32,000 nucleotides of DNA from Bacilli bacterium (GCA_017484065.1 JAFUTX010000013.1:85137-117136); one strand, 5' to 3'. Counted from the stretch's first letter, positions 18,836-28,340 are shown. Made by a program: numbers and translations. Notes: generated by a model not told the origin, from the sequence alone.

Positions 18836-19396
18836 TTATTTATTATTATCATGATTTAATACCATGTTATTTATATTTTTTTGCTCTATTAAATTATTAC
18901 TTATATAATGCCTCATTGCTACAAATGCATCCATTATTTTGATACTAATTTGAGTAGCAACACTAGTTTTGAGAATTGTTGCAAGCATGGCAACTCATTG
19001 CTCAGTAAATACTCTTGGATTATTATATTTACCACCTATTCTATCTATTTCTCTTTTTTGGTCAAAAATTTTGACCAAAAGACTTTTGGATTCATTATCA
19101 GTTAATTTCCAAGAAAATTGTTCAGTAAATACTCTTGGATTACTCCTTGACATATTACTATAATTTGTGGTCAATTTTTTTGACCGCAAATCGTTTAGTT
19201 CATTATCAGTTAATCTCCAAGAAAATCTTTCTGGAAATTTATCTGAATTGTTTTTTACTGCTTGATTAATAACTTTCGTTCCATTCTTACATTTATAAAG
19301 GAAAGCTAAGTCACTATCTAACATAACTTGTTTACCTCTTATTTCGAAAATCATATCTTCAATCTTTAATTCTTCATTTAATGCTAATTCATTAAT
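18836..19396 (-). pseudogene. Decayed partial tandem copy of the ORF6N gene (N-terminal two thirds only)
   Basis: About 65 nt spanning the RBS and first codons are near-identical to the intact gene, but ATG has become ATT at 19394-19396. There is an in-frame TGA at 18995-18997 where the intact copy has Gly (TEQ*VAMLATIL versus TEQGVAMLATIL). The FSW[RK]LTDNE...NPRVFTEQ unit is duplicated internally. The C-terminal domain is missing. Confidence 0.75.
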
Positions 19397-19464
19397 ACCA
19401 AAACCTCCGATTACTCTAAGTAATAATAATATATCATATCGAACATGTGTACGTCAATAATAAT

Positions 19465-20778
19465 TTAATTCTTATAATTAAAGTTAATACCAGTATAATA
19501 ATGTTTTAGTATTTGTTCATAGTTATACCCATGATTGGCGTAACCATTAGCTCCATATTGACTTAACCCAACTCCATGACCATAGCCAAAAGTAGTAATA
19601 TTTATCCCTTCATCTACCTTTTGAATTATAAAGTCTGCACTTCTAAGACCTAGTCTATTTCTAATATCTACTCCTCTAAATTCTTGATTATCAATTTTAA
19701 TAGTACCAACTCTATTCCCACTAGTTCTAGTTAATACATTAAATTCAGTATTACTACTTATATCCATATTCAATTTACTTGATACTTCTTCATAAGTCAT
19801 AAATACATCTTTTTGATAAGATTTATTACTACTATCATATATGCTTTCTACTGGGATTAAATATGGCTCACCACCACTCCACACGTTAGAGGCATCTTCA
19901 GTCATACCATTACTAGTTGAATGATATACAGCATCAATAATACTACCATTATAAGTTAAGTATATTCCCTTTGTGCTATCAACGCACTCCTTTATTTTAT
20001 TATAATATTTATCGTAATTACTTCCCCACATACCCTTTAGCTCATTACTATCCTTAAATGATTGAGTTGATTCATCAGCAGTTAATGTTTTGTTTCGTTC
20101 TAATGCTTTTAAAGTATATGTTCTAGCAATAATTGCTTGTGATTTTAAAGCTTCTATATTAAAAGAAGCTGGCATTTCTGCACCCACTACACCTATTAAG
20201 TATTCTTCTAGTTCTAAATTAAGAATAGTACCATTTTTTCTTTTAATAGTTACATACGTATTATTCTCAATTGTTTCGTTTTCTTTAACTTCATTTACTT
20301 CTATACTTTGTTCTGTATCATTATTTTCGTTAACTATAATACTCTTTTTAGGTAATTCATAAGTTTTATTATTCTTTACTACTATATCATCTTGATTATT
20401 TTCTACTACTACTTCTTCATTTAATTCTTCTACTACTTCTAAAGGTTGTTCTTCATAAGTAGTTAAATATAAATCATCACTCCATACTAAAGAATAACTA
20501 TTATTAGGTATTATATTACTATTAGTTTCATTTAATTTTAAATCTTTACCTGCTAATAACAATGTTCCTAAAAGAAATCCACCTAAAACTATTTTTATTT
20601 TATTACCTTTAAATTTAATATTATTATCTTTAATGAAATTATCTACTATTTCTTTTAATTTATTCTTTTTAACTTTACTTTTTAACTTAGCAAATTCGTT
20701 ATCTAAACTTATATATAGAACTAAATTATCTTCATTATTAATTTCTACTATATCATAATCATAAATCATATAATCCAC
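19465..20778 (-). CDS. spoIID: Stage II sporulation protein D (SpoIID lytic transglycosylase)
   Basis: LEEYLIGVVGAEMPASFNIEALKSQAIIARTY, YHSTSNGMTEDASNVW and GHGVGLSQYGANGYA are the SpoIID/LytB hallmarks. An N-terminal TM anchor is present. Confidence 0.85.
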   Translation of the reverse strand: MDYMIYDYDIVEINNEDNLVLYISLDNEFAKLKSKVKKNKLKEIVDNFIKDNNIKFKGNKIKIVLGGFLLGTLLLAGKDLKLNETNSNIIPNNSYSLVWSDDLYLTTYEEQPLEVVEELNEEVVVENNQDDIVVKNNKTYELPKKSIIVNENNDTEQSIEVNEVKENETIENNTYVTIKRKNGTILNLELEEYLIGVVGAEMPASFNIEALKSQAIIARTYTLKALERNKTLTADESTQSFKDSNELKGMWGSNYDKYYNKIKECVDSTKGIYLTYNGSIIDAVYHSTSNGMTEDASNVWSGGEPYLIPVESIYDSSNKSYQKDVFMTYEEVSSKLNMDISSNTEFNVLTRTSGNRVGTIKIDNQEFRGVDIRNRLGLRSADFIIQKVDEGINITTFGYGHGVGLSQYGANGYANHGYNYEQILKHYYTGINFNYKN

Positions 20779-20814
20779 CTACAATTATGATTTACTAAAA
20801 ATAATTCTTTATGT

Positions 20815-20844
20815 AAAAAAAAATTCATTTTTTTATAAATGAAT
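20815..20844 (-). terminator. Putative rho-independent terminator after the 151-aa ORF
   Basis: On the minus strand, ATTCATTT-ataaaa-AAATGAAT is followed by U9. The stem is weak and mostly A:T. Confidence 0.45.
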
Positions 20845-20855
20845 CTTTTAATTAT

Positions 20856-21311
20856 TTACCTACTATAACCTTTCTCGTTTTCTTGCGTCTCAAAATAATT
20901 CATTCTATTAATCATGTTATTCATATTTCTTTCCATGACTTCCCTTTGAATTTCTACTTCGATAGTTTCTAATTGATTATAAAATTTATCTTCTTTTTCT
21001 TTAGATAAAAATTCATTGTACTTAGTACCAACTATACTTTTTAATCTAGCTATTTCATCTAAGACAATACCAGTACCACCACTTGTTTCATCTTCATCAT
21101 TTAAAATAATTAATGTTTTGTTTAAAATACTATGTAAACTACGATTAAACTTATTAGTTAAAATATTATCTATTAAATAAGAATCGAATACACTTACTTT
21201 TTTTACATCCAAATTTCTTATTCGAGGCGTAAAAGTATAACATTTATTATCATTATTAATAACTACATTTTCATATTCTGAATCTACTTTTTTTAATAAA
21301 TAACTTTTCAT
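20856..21311 (-). CDS. Hypothetical protein (151 aa)
   Basis: Intact ORF immediately downstream of trmD. It is not ribosomal protein L19 and no motif was recognised. Confidence 0.45.
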   Translation of the reverse strand: MKSYLLKKVDSEYENVVINNDNKCYTFTPRIRNLDVKKVSVFDSYLIDNILTNKFNRSLHSILNKTLIILNDEDETSGGTGIVLDEIARLKSIVGTKYNEFLSKEKEDKFYNQLETIEVEIQREVMERNMNNMINRMNYFETQENEKGYSR

Positions 21312-21318
21312 AATCCAC

Positions 21319-22002
21319 CTACTTCATTAAATCTGGTCTAACTTCTTTAGTTTTTTTTATACTCTCTTGATAACGATACTCTGCTATCTTTTTATGATCA
21401 CCATTAACTAATACTTCTGGTACTTCCATTCCATTATAAACTCTTGGTTTAGTATATGTAGGATAATCTAAAAGATAAGTACCATTCATAACATCTTCCC
21501 TAAAAGAATCTTCAATATGACTTTGTTCATTTATTACACCTGGAATCAACCTTGTAATAGAATCAACTAATACCATGGCTGGAATCTCTCCACCTGTTAA
21601 AACATAATCACCAATACTAATTTGATAATCAGCTAATGAGGTAATTCTTTCATCAAATCCTTCATAATGCCCACATATTATTATCAAATGTTTTTCTTCA
21701 CTTAACAAATATGCATCTTTTTGTTTGTATGGCTTACCACTGGGAGTTAGTAAAATAACTTTAGAATCTTTAGTTTTAATAGCACTTACAGCATCAAAAA
21801 TTGGTTGGCAGGTTAATACCATACCTGCTCCTCCTCCATATGGTGTATCATCTACTTTGCCATGTGGATCTTTAGAATACTTTCTAAAATCAATTATTTC
21901 AATGTCTATCTTTTTATTTTCAATAGCTCGTTTAATAATTGATTCTGTAAATACTCCTTCAAACATATTAGGAAATAATGTTAAAATACTTATCTTCATC
22001 AT
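21319..22002 (-). CDS. trmD: tRNA (guanine37-N1)-methyltransferase
   Basis: ISILTLFPNMFEG, DDTPYGGGAGMVL, ICGHYEGFDERI and SIGDYVLTGGEIPAMVLVDSI are canonical TrmD motifs. It has an ATGA overlap with rimM. Confidence 0.9.
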   Translation of the reverse strand: MMKISILTLFPNMFEGVFTESIIKRAIENKKIDIEIIDFRKYSKDPHGKVDDTPYGGGAGMVLTCQPIFDAVSAIKTKDSKVILLTPSGKPYKQKDAYLLSEEKHLIIICGHYEGFDERITSLADYQISIGDYVLTGGEIPAMVLVDSITRLIPGVINEQSHIEDSFREDVMNGTYLLDYPTYTKPRVYNGMEVPEVLVNGDHKKIAEYRYQESIKKTKEVRPDLMK

Positions 22003-22487
22003 ATTAGCCCTTCAATATTTTCTACTTCAATTATTTTTTCATTTAAATTAACTTTTTTTATAAAATGTTCATTAAGAGGAATATAATATTCTTTAGCATC
22101 CTCAATCTTTAATAAAACATTGCCATTATTATACATCACATCTTTAACTTTTCCTAGAGTTTTTAAATTATTTTTAATATTTAATCCAATTAAATCCTGA
22201 TATAGATATTCATCCTCTAATAACCCTAAGTCATCTCTATTAACATAGACATTCATACCTTTATATTTTAATACTTCATTTATATTAGTATAGTTATTTA
22301 ATGTAATCATTTCAAAGTTTTTATGATGTCTATAACTATTAATAGTTTCTTTTACTTTATTATCTCCAATATAAATATCTTTATCTTTAACAAATACTTT
22401 ATTTTTATATTCAAAATTACTTATTATTTTAACTTCACCTTTAATACCATGAGTATTAACTAACTTACCGACATAAATATAATCCAT
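21999..22487 (-). CDS. rimM: 16S rRNA processing protein RimM
   Basis: VGKLVNTHGIKGEVKI at the N-terminus, the size, and the position directly upstream of trmD. Confidence 0.85.
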   Translation of the reverse strand: MDYIYVGKLVNTHGIKGEVKIISNFEYKNKVFVKDKDIYIGDNKVKETINSYRHHKNFEMITLNNYTNINEVLKYKGMNVYVNRDDLGLLEDEYLYQDLIGLNIKNNLKTLGKVKDVMYNNGNVLLKIEDAKEYYIPLNEHFIKKVNLNEKIIEVENIEGLI

Positions 22488-22489
22488 AA

Positions 22490-23206
22490 TTACCTACCTA
22501 CATACATTAAAATACTTGCTGCTACTGCAGCGTTTAAACTTTCACACTTATCATTTATAGGAATATTGATAAATTCATCACACATATCTTTAACCATAGC
22601 GCTCATCCCATTACCTTCATTGCCAATAACTATTGCTATATTTTCATATTTAGTTAAGATATCCGCTTCTACGCCATTGTCTACATCTGTTCCAAAAATA
22701 GTATAACCTTTTAGTTTAAGTTCTGGAATAATCTTAGATAAATCTCTTTTAATAATATTAATATTAAATATCATACCTTCACTAGATCGTATTACTTTAT
22801 CATTATATAAATCTACAGTATTATTACCTAAGATAATAGTATCAAAATTAAATGCTACTGCACTACGAATTATCGTTCCTAAATTACCTGGATCTTGTAA
22901 CGAATCAAGAATTAAAACCTTACCAAAAGCATCTTTTTCTACTTGTTTATTACATACACAAGCAATATCACTTATAGTTACTTGGTTAGATATTTTTTTC
23001 ATAATCTCTTCTGTTACTATAAACTCTGGTATATCACTATTTATTTCTTTTAAAGTAATTATTTCTTTAGCTACTCCATTTTTAATAGCTTCATTAACTA
23101 AATGATCGCCTTCAACTAAATAAGTATTACTCTCATCTCGATATTTTTTATTATTTAGTTTAACCCAATTCTTAACTCTATCATTATTAATTGAATTTAT
23201 TTCCAT
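22490..23206 (-). CDS. TrmH/SpoU family RNA 2'-O-methyltransferase
   Basis: LDSLQDPGNLGTIIRSA, IVIGNEGNGMS and ESLNAAVAASILMY are the three SpoU motifs. Confidence 0.8.
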   Translation of the reverse strand: MEINSINNDRVKNWVKLNNKKYRDESNTYLVEGDHLVNEAIKNGVAKEIITLKEINSDIPEFIVTEEIMKKISNQVTISDIACVCNKQVEKDAFGKVLILDSLQDPGNLGTIIRSAVAFNFDTIILGNNTVDLYNDKVIRSSEGMIFNINIIKRDLSKIIPELKLKGYTIFGTDVDNGVEADILTKYENIAIVIGNEGNGMSAMVKDMCDEFINIPINDKCESLNAAVAASILMYVGR

Positions 23207-23892
23207 TAATCTCTCAACTCTTTTCTAGCTTGCTTATAATTAGGATAATACTCACCAACTAGCTCCCAAAACTTTTCACCATGATTAGCATGATAAAAAT
23301 GACTAAGTTCATGAATGATTACATAATCTAATAAATGAATCTTCTTTTTTAATAATTCTGTATTTAAAGTAATTGTATTATTGCCTCTATTACATACGCC
23401 CCAACGAGTACTCATACGTCTAAATTTTAAACTAAACTTAGGAACTTTTAAAAAGTTTTCTACACATCTATTAACTTCACTAGTAAATATTCTTATAACT
23501 TCATTCTTATAAAATTTATTTAACATTTTATCATCTTTAGTATAAATAAAATTATTATCAAAATATATTTCTTTAACACTATTATCATAAATTACAGTAT
23601 AACTATTACCTAAATACCAAAAATCTTGTTCTTTTAAATTTTTTTCTAATGCCTTTCGATGCATTTTACTTATAGCTTCAATATTATCATCAATTAACTT
23701 TTTAATTTGTCTACTACTACATAAATGATGACAAGTTACATATAGTTTTAAATCATCTTTAAAACGAAAATATATATTTTTATTATTCTTTTTAATTATT
23801 ACTACTTCTACTTCTTGATTGTTTAACTCTATAGTCATAAGCTTCACATCCATATTAAGTGTAGCATAAAATGATTCAAAAAAAAATACCAT
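23206..23892 (-). CDS. YgjP-like (DUF45 / M48-related) zinc metallopeptidase
   Basis: RWGVCN... followed by IIHELSHFYHANHGEKFWELV (HExxH). The likely start is the internal MTIELNN at about 23838. Its stop overlaps the downstream start by 1 nt (TAATG). Confidence 0.7.
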   Translation of the reverse strand: MVFFFESFYATLNMDVKLMTIELNNQEVEVVIIKKNNKNIYFRFKDDLKLYVTCHHLCSSRQIKKLIDDNIEAISKMHRKALEKNLKEQDFWYLGNSYTVIYDNSVKEIYFDNNFIYTKDDKMLNKFYKNEVIRIFTSEVNRCVENFLKVPKFSLKFRRMSTRWGVCNRGNNTITLNTELLKKKIHLLDYVIIHELSHFYHANHGEKFWELVGEYYPNYKQARKELRD

Positions 23893-23903
23893 TAATCAGG
23901 TAT

Positions 23904-24317
23904 TTATTTAGTTTTATTTTGTTTTTTCAATAAATCACGTATTTCTTCTAATAAAGCAATATCTTCTGCTTTTTTAGTTTCTTCTTCTTTTTTCTCTTCT
24001 TTTTCAAGTTTTTTCTTAGCTGCTTCAGTTAATCTATTAACAAATTTAACTACCGCAAAGATACAAGCTGCAACTATTAGAAAATCAATGATACTTTGAA
24101 TGAATGCTCCATAAGCTATTCTAGCATCTTTAATAGTAATACTTAAACCAGAGAAATCTTTACCACCTAGTAATAGACCAACAATTGGCATTAAAATATT
24201 ATTAACTAAAGATGTAACGATACTAGAAAAAGCACCTCCGACAATAACACCAACTGCTAAATCCATAACATTTCCACGTGATATAAATTCTTTAAATTCA
24301 TTAATCATTTTTTTCAT
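23904..24317 (-). CDS. mscL: Large-conductance mechanosensitive channel
   Basis: [40 protein letters not shown] is the conserved MscL N-terminus and TM1. The size fits. Confidence 0.9.
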   Translation of the reverse strand: MKKMINEFKEFISRGNVMDLAVGVIVGGAFSSIVTSLVNNILMPIVGLLLGGKDFSGLSITIKDARIAYGAFIQSIIDFLIVAACIFAVVKFVNRLTEAAKKKLEKEEKKEEETKKAEDIALLEEIRDLLKKQNKTK

Positions 24318-24388
24318 AAATATTAACTCCTTTCAACAATAATATAATACCAATTTATTAAGTAATTTGTAAAGAAAAAGTAATTCTA

Positions 24389-26350
24389 CTATTTATTATT
24401 AATGTAATTAATAAGTACATCTACTACTTTTTCTACTCCTATACTGTCCACATTAAGAGATATATCATAATTACTTCCCCAATCTATTCCTGTATAGTTT
24501 TCATAGTATTTTTTTCTTTCTTTATTAGTCTTATTAATAACTCTTTTAGCTTTATCTTTATCTAAATGGTAATATTTAATACCTCTATTAATCTTATCTT
24601 CTAAATTAGAATATAAAAATACTTTAATTACATTTTTGTTATCTTTTAAAATATAATCACTACATCTACCTACTATTACACAAGGTTGTTTAGCTAAATT
24701 TTCTATTACCTTAGTGTTAGCTTCAAATAATAAGTTATCATTTTGATAAAAGTTTTTCTTTTCTTCAATTTCTTTGACATATTCAGGAGCAAAACCACTC
24801 TTTTTAGCATCTAACATTATTATTTCTTTATCATATATTGGAATATTTAATTTACTAGCTAATAACTTACCAACATATCTGCCACCAGAGCCGTATTCAC
24901 GAGCAATAGTGATAACGTAATTAGTTAGAGGTTGACCACTTACTTCTTTTGAATTTAATTCTATCTTTTCTTCTTTTACATTTAATTTCTTATATTCTGA
25001 TGAAAAAATAAAACATACTACTATAAAACATATAGTATCTGCAGCTATACCTGCATATAAAGCTCCATATAAACCATAAATATGACATAATACTATTGAT
25101 AATGGAATAAATAAAATTATTTGCCTAGTAAATGATACTAAAGTTGATTTAACAACATTACCTAGTGATTGAATTACGATTGAGCATGTCATTTCAAATG
25201 CATTCAAGAAACAAACTCCTAAGAATATTCTAGAACAGGCAATTCCAAATTTTAAAAATAAATCATAATTAACATCACTTTTACTAATAAATAGATTAAT
25301 TAGTACTTGTGGACATATTTGTAATATTAAATTAAAGATTATTCCAATAGTAAAATTAATTATTAATACTAGTTTTAATGTTTCCTTAACTCTTTTTAAA
25401 TTCCTAGCTCCATAATTATATCCAATAATAGGTTGAGCTCCTATAGATATACCTAATACAGCAGATACATAAAAACTATTTAATTTACTTATAACACCAT
25501 AAACTGATAATGGAATATCACTACCATAAATACTACTAGCACCATATTTAGTCATTAAATTATTCATAACAATAAATAAAGCCATTACTGTCATTTGAGT
25601 AATAAAACTTGATAAACCTAAACCTACTGATTTTAATACTTCTTTAGTTAATTTATAATCACTTTTATTTATTTTAACAGATTTAAATTTTCTTAAATAT
25701 AGTATAGCTATAATAAATGATATTATTTGACCAATAATAGTAGCATATGCTCCACCCGCTACACCCCAATTAAATTTAAAAATAAATATAGGGTCTAGTA
25801 CTAAATTAATTACTGCTCCTATACATAGGAAAAACATCGCATATCTAGGTGAACCATCACTACGAATAATACTAGATAAACCAGTATAAACAATCATAAA
25901 TGGGGCACCAAGTAGAATAATTCTTCCATAAGTAATAGCACTATCATAAACATTTGGGGTAGAACCAAATAGTTTTATTAATGCAGGTAATAACAACTCA
26001 CCTATAATGGCAACAACTATAGCACTAATAAATAATAAAGTGATTGATGAAGCTACACTCTTACTAGCCTCTTCTTTTTTCCCTTCACCAAGTCTTAAAC
26101 TTAAATTAGCTGCTGAACCATTGCCAATTAAACCTGCTACTGCATTACAAATAATTACAATCGGAAATATAACATTAGTAGCAGCATTACCAATAGTTCC
26201 TACTCCTTTACCAATAAAAATTTGATCTACTATATTATATACTGAATTAATTAACATACTTATTATACAAGGAATAGAAAATGCTAATAATAATTTACTT
26301 ATTTTTTCTTTTCCTAAATCTAACTTTTTCAAAAACATCACTCCTAACAA
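24389..26350 (-). CDS. MATE-family efflux transporter fused to a C-terminal cytidylate-kinase-like (Cytidylate_kin2-type) domain
   Basis: The first ~450 aa are polytopic and MATE-like (SIPCIISMLINSVYNIVDQIFIG...). The last ~190 aa start ITIAREYGSGGRYVGKLLASKLNIPIYDKEII and end ...RKKYYENYTGIDWG, the signature of the stand-alone cytidylate-kinase-like family. The start codon is ambiguous (26350, 26338 or 26332). Confidence 0.65.
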   Translation of the reverse strand: MLGVMFLKKLDLGKEKISKLLLAFSIPCIISMLINSVYNIVDQIFIGKGVGTIGNAATNVIFPIVIICNAVAGLIGNGSAANLSLRLGEGKKEEASKSVASSITLLFISAIVVAIIGELLLPALIKLFGSTPNVYDSAITYGRIILLGAPFMIVYTGLSSIIRSDGSPRYAMFFLCIGAVINLVLDPIFIFKFNWGVAGGAYATIIGQIISFIIAILYLRKFKSVKINKSDYKLTKEVLKSVGLGLSSFITQMTVMALFIVMNNLMTKYGASSIYGSDIPLSVYGVISKLNSFYVSAVLGISIGAQPIIGYNYGARNLKRVKETLKLVLIINFTIGIIFNLILQICPQVLINLFISKSDVNYDLFLKFGIACSRIFLGVCFLNAFEMTCSIVIQSLGNVVKSTLVSFTRQIILFIPLSIVLCHIYGLYGALYAGIAADTICFIVVCFIFSSEYKKLNVKEEKIELNSKEVSGQPLTNYVITIAREYGSGGRYVGKLLASKLNIPIYDKEIIMLDAKKSGFAPEYVKEIEEKKNFYQNDNLLFEANTKVIENLAKQPCVIVGRCSDYILKDNKNVIKVFLYSNLEDKINRGIKYYHLDKDKAKRVINKTNKERKKYYENYTGIDWGSNYDISLNVDSIGVEKVVDVLINYINNK

Positions 26351-26480
26351 AAAAATAACATAAATCCAATTAGCTTGGATTTACGTTATAATTAACCACT
26401 CAGCAGTTAAAATTTTAACATAGAAATTCCTTTATTGTCAAAGCTTTTTTATTCTATCTTTCATATATTCATTTTCCCTA

Positions 26481-26699
26481 TTACCATTCAACCTTCTCTG
26501 GATAATCATTATAATGCAAATCATCTAATGAGCAATTCTTTTCTTTACATATTTTTTCTATATCTATTTTCATTTTTAAATAATCTTCGTAATCGTAATA
26601 ATTATATATAGCATCCATAATATGCATAATTTCGTACAAAAAGTGCATATTTTTATTGATATTTTCGTACATTTTGTACGAATTTTGTGCTTCCTTCAT
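26481..26699 (-). CDS. Small hypothetical protein (72 aa)
   Basis: ORF only, with no recognisable motif. A hairpin AAATCCAA-N5-TTGGATTT lies at 26362-26382 downstream. Confidence 0.3.
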   Translation of the reverse strand: MKEAQNSYKMYENINKNMHFLYEIMHIMDAIYNYYDYEDYLKMKIDIEKICKEKNCSLDDLHYNDYPEKVEW

Positions 26700-26808
26700 A
26701 TTCTACACTTTCTTCTACATTAAAACTATCACTATTTTTACCATAATAAAAGAAAAGTAAAGTATTAACTTTAACTTCCCACTAAATTGCAAAGAGCCAC
26801 AACTTTTT

Positions 26809-27801
26809 TTATCTATTAACGTAATAGGAAGGCTTTAATATTTTCTTTAAAGATTTTCCCACTTCTTCAACATCACCATTTTTTATTTGAGCTGCTCCTG
26901 CAGTAATGTTACCTCCACCACCTAAATTTTGCATTATTGGCTCCACGTTAACTTTTCCTTTACTTCTAGCGCTAACTCCTACAATATCATCTGATAATCT
27001 GCCAATTACAAAAGCCGCATCAGTATCAAATTTCAATGCTTCATCAGCAGCTTTAGCCAATTCTTCTTTTTCATATTCAACATCTTTATTAGCTACAATT
27101 AAAGCATAAGTATATTTAAGTAATTCTATTTCACTTACTAATGAATGGACTCTTTTATAACTTTCTAAATCTTCTGTAAACCAATTAGAAACAGTAGCCA
27201 TATCTGCTCCACAGCACATTAGCTTAGATACTACTTCCATAGTATTTGATGAAGCATTTTTCACAAATTTAGATGTATCTAAATAGATTCCTGCAAGTAA
27301 ATAGTTGGCGACATTTTGAGGTATTTTAATTTTACATTCATTTAATAATCTAAATACTATTTCTGAAGCCGATGACATTGATGAATCAATATATAAACTA
27401 TTTGTTTCTACAGTATTTTTATCAGGCTCATGGTGATCAATTATTAAAGTTTTATCTTTATTTGTAATCATATCATCAACACTAATTAAGTATTTCTTAT
27501 TAACATCAGTTAATACAAATAAATCTTCTGGTGTATATATCTTGCTATACTTATCTTTATTTATTATATTGAAATCTGCTTTTGCATCATCCATAATAAT
27601 TTTACATCCACGTTCCATTATATAAGGTGGATCATTTACAATTATTTGGGAATTCTTTTTATATTTGCTCCCAACAAGTGACAAAGCAATTGCAGAAGCT
27701 ATAGCATCAAAATCCACTTTATTATGTGGAACAATAATCATTTTTTCTGATTCTTGTATTTTCTTTTCTAAGTCTGTTTTTAAATCCTTAATATTAATCA
27801 T
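26809..27801 (-). CDS. DHH-family phosphoesterase (NrnA-like)
   Basis: It has DFDAIAS, the DHH motif (IIDHHEPD) and a DHHA1-type GGGGNITAGAAQ, where N replaces the usual H. Confidence 0.7.
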   Translation of the reverse strand: MINIKDLKTDLEKKIQESEKMIIVPHNKVDFDAIASAIALSLVGSKYKKNSQIIVNDPPYIMERGCKIIMDDAKADFNIINKDKYSKIYTPEDLFVLTDVNKKYLISVDDMITNKDKTLIIDHHEPDKNTVETNSLYIDSSMSSASEIVFRLLNECKIKIPQNVANYLLAGIYLDTSKFVKNASSNTMEVVSKLMCCGADMATVSNWFTEDLESYKRVHSLVSEIELLKYTYALIVANKDVEYEKEELAKAADEALKFDTDAAFVIGRLSDDIVGVSARSKGKVNVEPIMQNLGGGGNITAGAAQIKNGDVEEVGKSLKKILKPSYYVNR

Positions 27802-27980
27802 AAATAATTAATACCTTCTTCCTTGAAAAAGATTATACACTATTTTAAAATAAAAACAACATTAATTGTAAATAATGTGTAAAACATTAAGATTTAACTA
27901 TAAAGCATAGAAAATGATAAGCACACTAATACTATATAAACGATTTTCTTTAATGACTACCATTTTCTATCTAATAATAC

Positions 27981-28009
27981 AAAAAAAACAGACTACTACT
28001 AGTAATCTG
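27981..28009 (-). terminator. Rho-independent terminator closing the DGR operon
   Basis: On the minus strand, CAGATTACT-agt-AGTAGTCTG (9-bp stem, one mismatch) is followed by U8. Confidence 0.6.
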
Positions 28010-28031
28010 TATATAATCATCTATTATATTG

Positions 28032-28340
28032 CTATTTAATAGTTTTTTTTATAACTGCACTTAATAACACTTCATTAATCAAAATTTTTTTCTTATATAA
28101 TAAGTAATTATTATTTTGATAATTATTACTTTCTATGATTTCTAAGCCATCTAATAACAGATAAGAGATATTTTTTTCTTTAATTCTACTTATATCATTG
28201 CTTAAATATAAAAAAATCTTTTTATCTAGATAACATGATACTACCTTTTTATCATAATATATTAAAATTAGCTTACTAGGATACATTTTTTTTAAAAATT
28301 TATATCTATTTTCTAAACTCATCAAACCACTTATTTTCAA
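28032..28340 (-). CDS. Small ORF with weak MutS-domain-I-like N-terminus, downstream of the DGR RT
   Basis: LENRYKFLKKMYPSKLILIYYDKKVVSCYLDKKIFLYL parallels the MutS N-terminus (Y..lK..yPd.lLlfr.GdFYE.f..DA). It is also similar to the 31629..32000 ORF (IKEKNISYLLLDGLEII versus LEEKKIHYQIILNDEEI). It overlaps the RT stop by 35 nt. Confidence 0.4.
   Translation of the reverse strand: MKISGLMSLENRYKFLKKMYPSKLILIYYDKKVVSCYLDKKIFLYLSNDISRIKEKNISYLLLDGLEIIESNNYQNNNYLLYKKKILINEVLLSAVIKKTIK

Noticed and set aside
18995-18997. TGA read as Trp (Mollicutes-type code 4), which would rescue the ORF6N pseudogene.
   Set aside because: The intact paralog has Gly at this position. Trp is encoded by TGG throughout, and many genes here end in TGA-compatible stops while long ORFs are intact under the standard code.
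27802-28340. The region downstream of the RT as the DGR template repeat.
   Set aside because: No second copy is visible in the window to compare against. The segment has an ORF with some family resemblance and ends in a terminator. This cannot be decided from the window alone.
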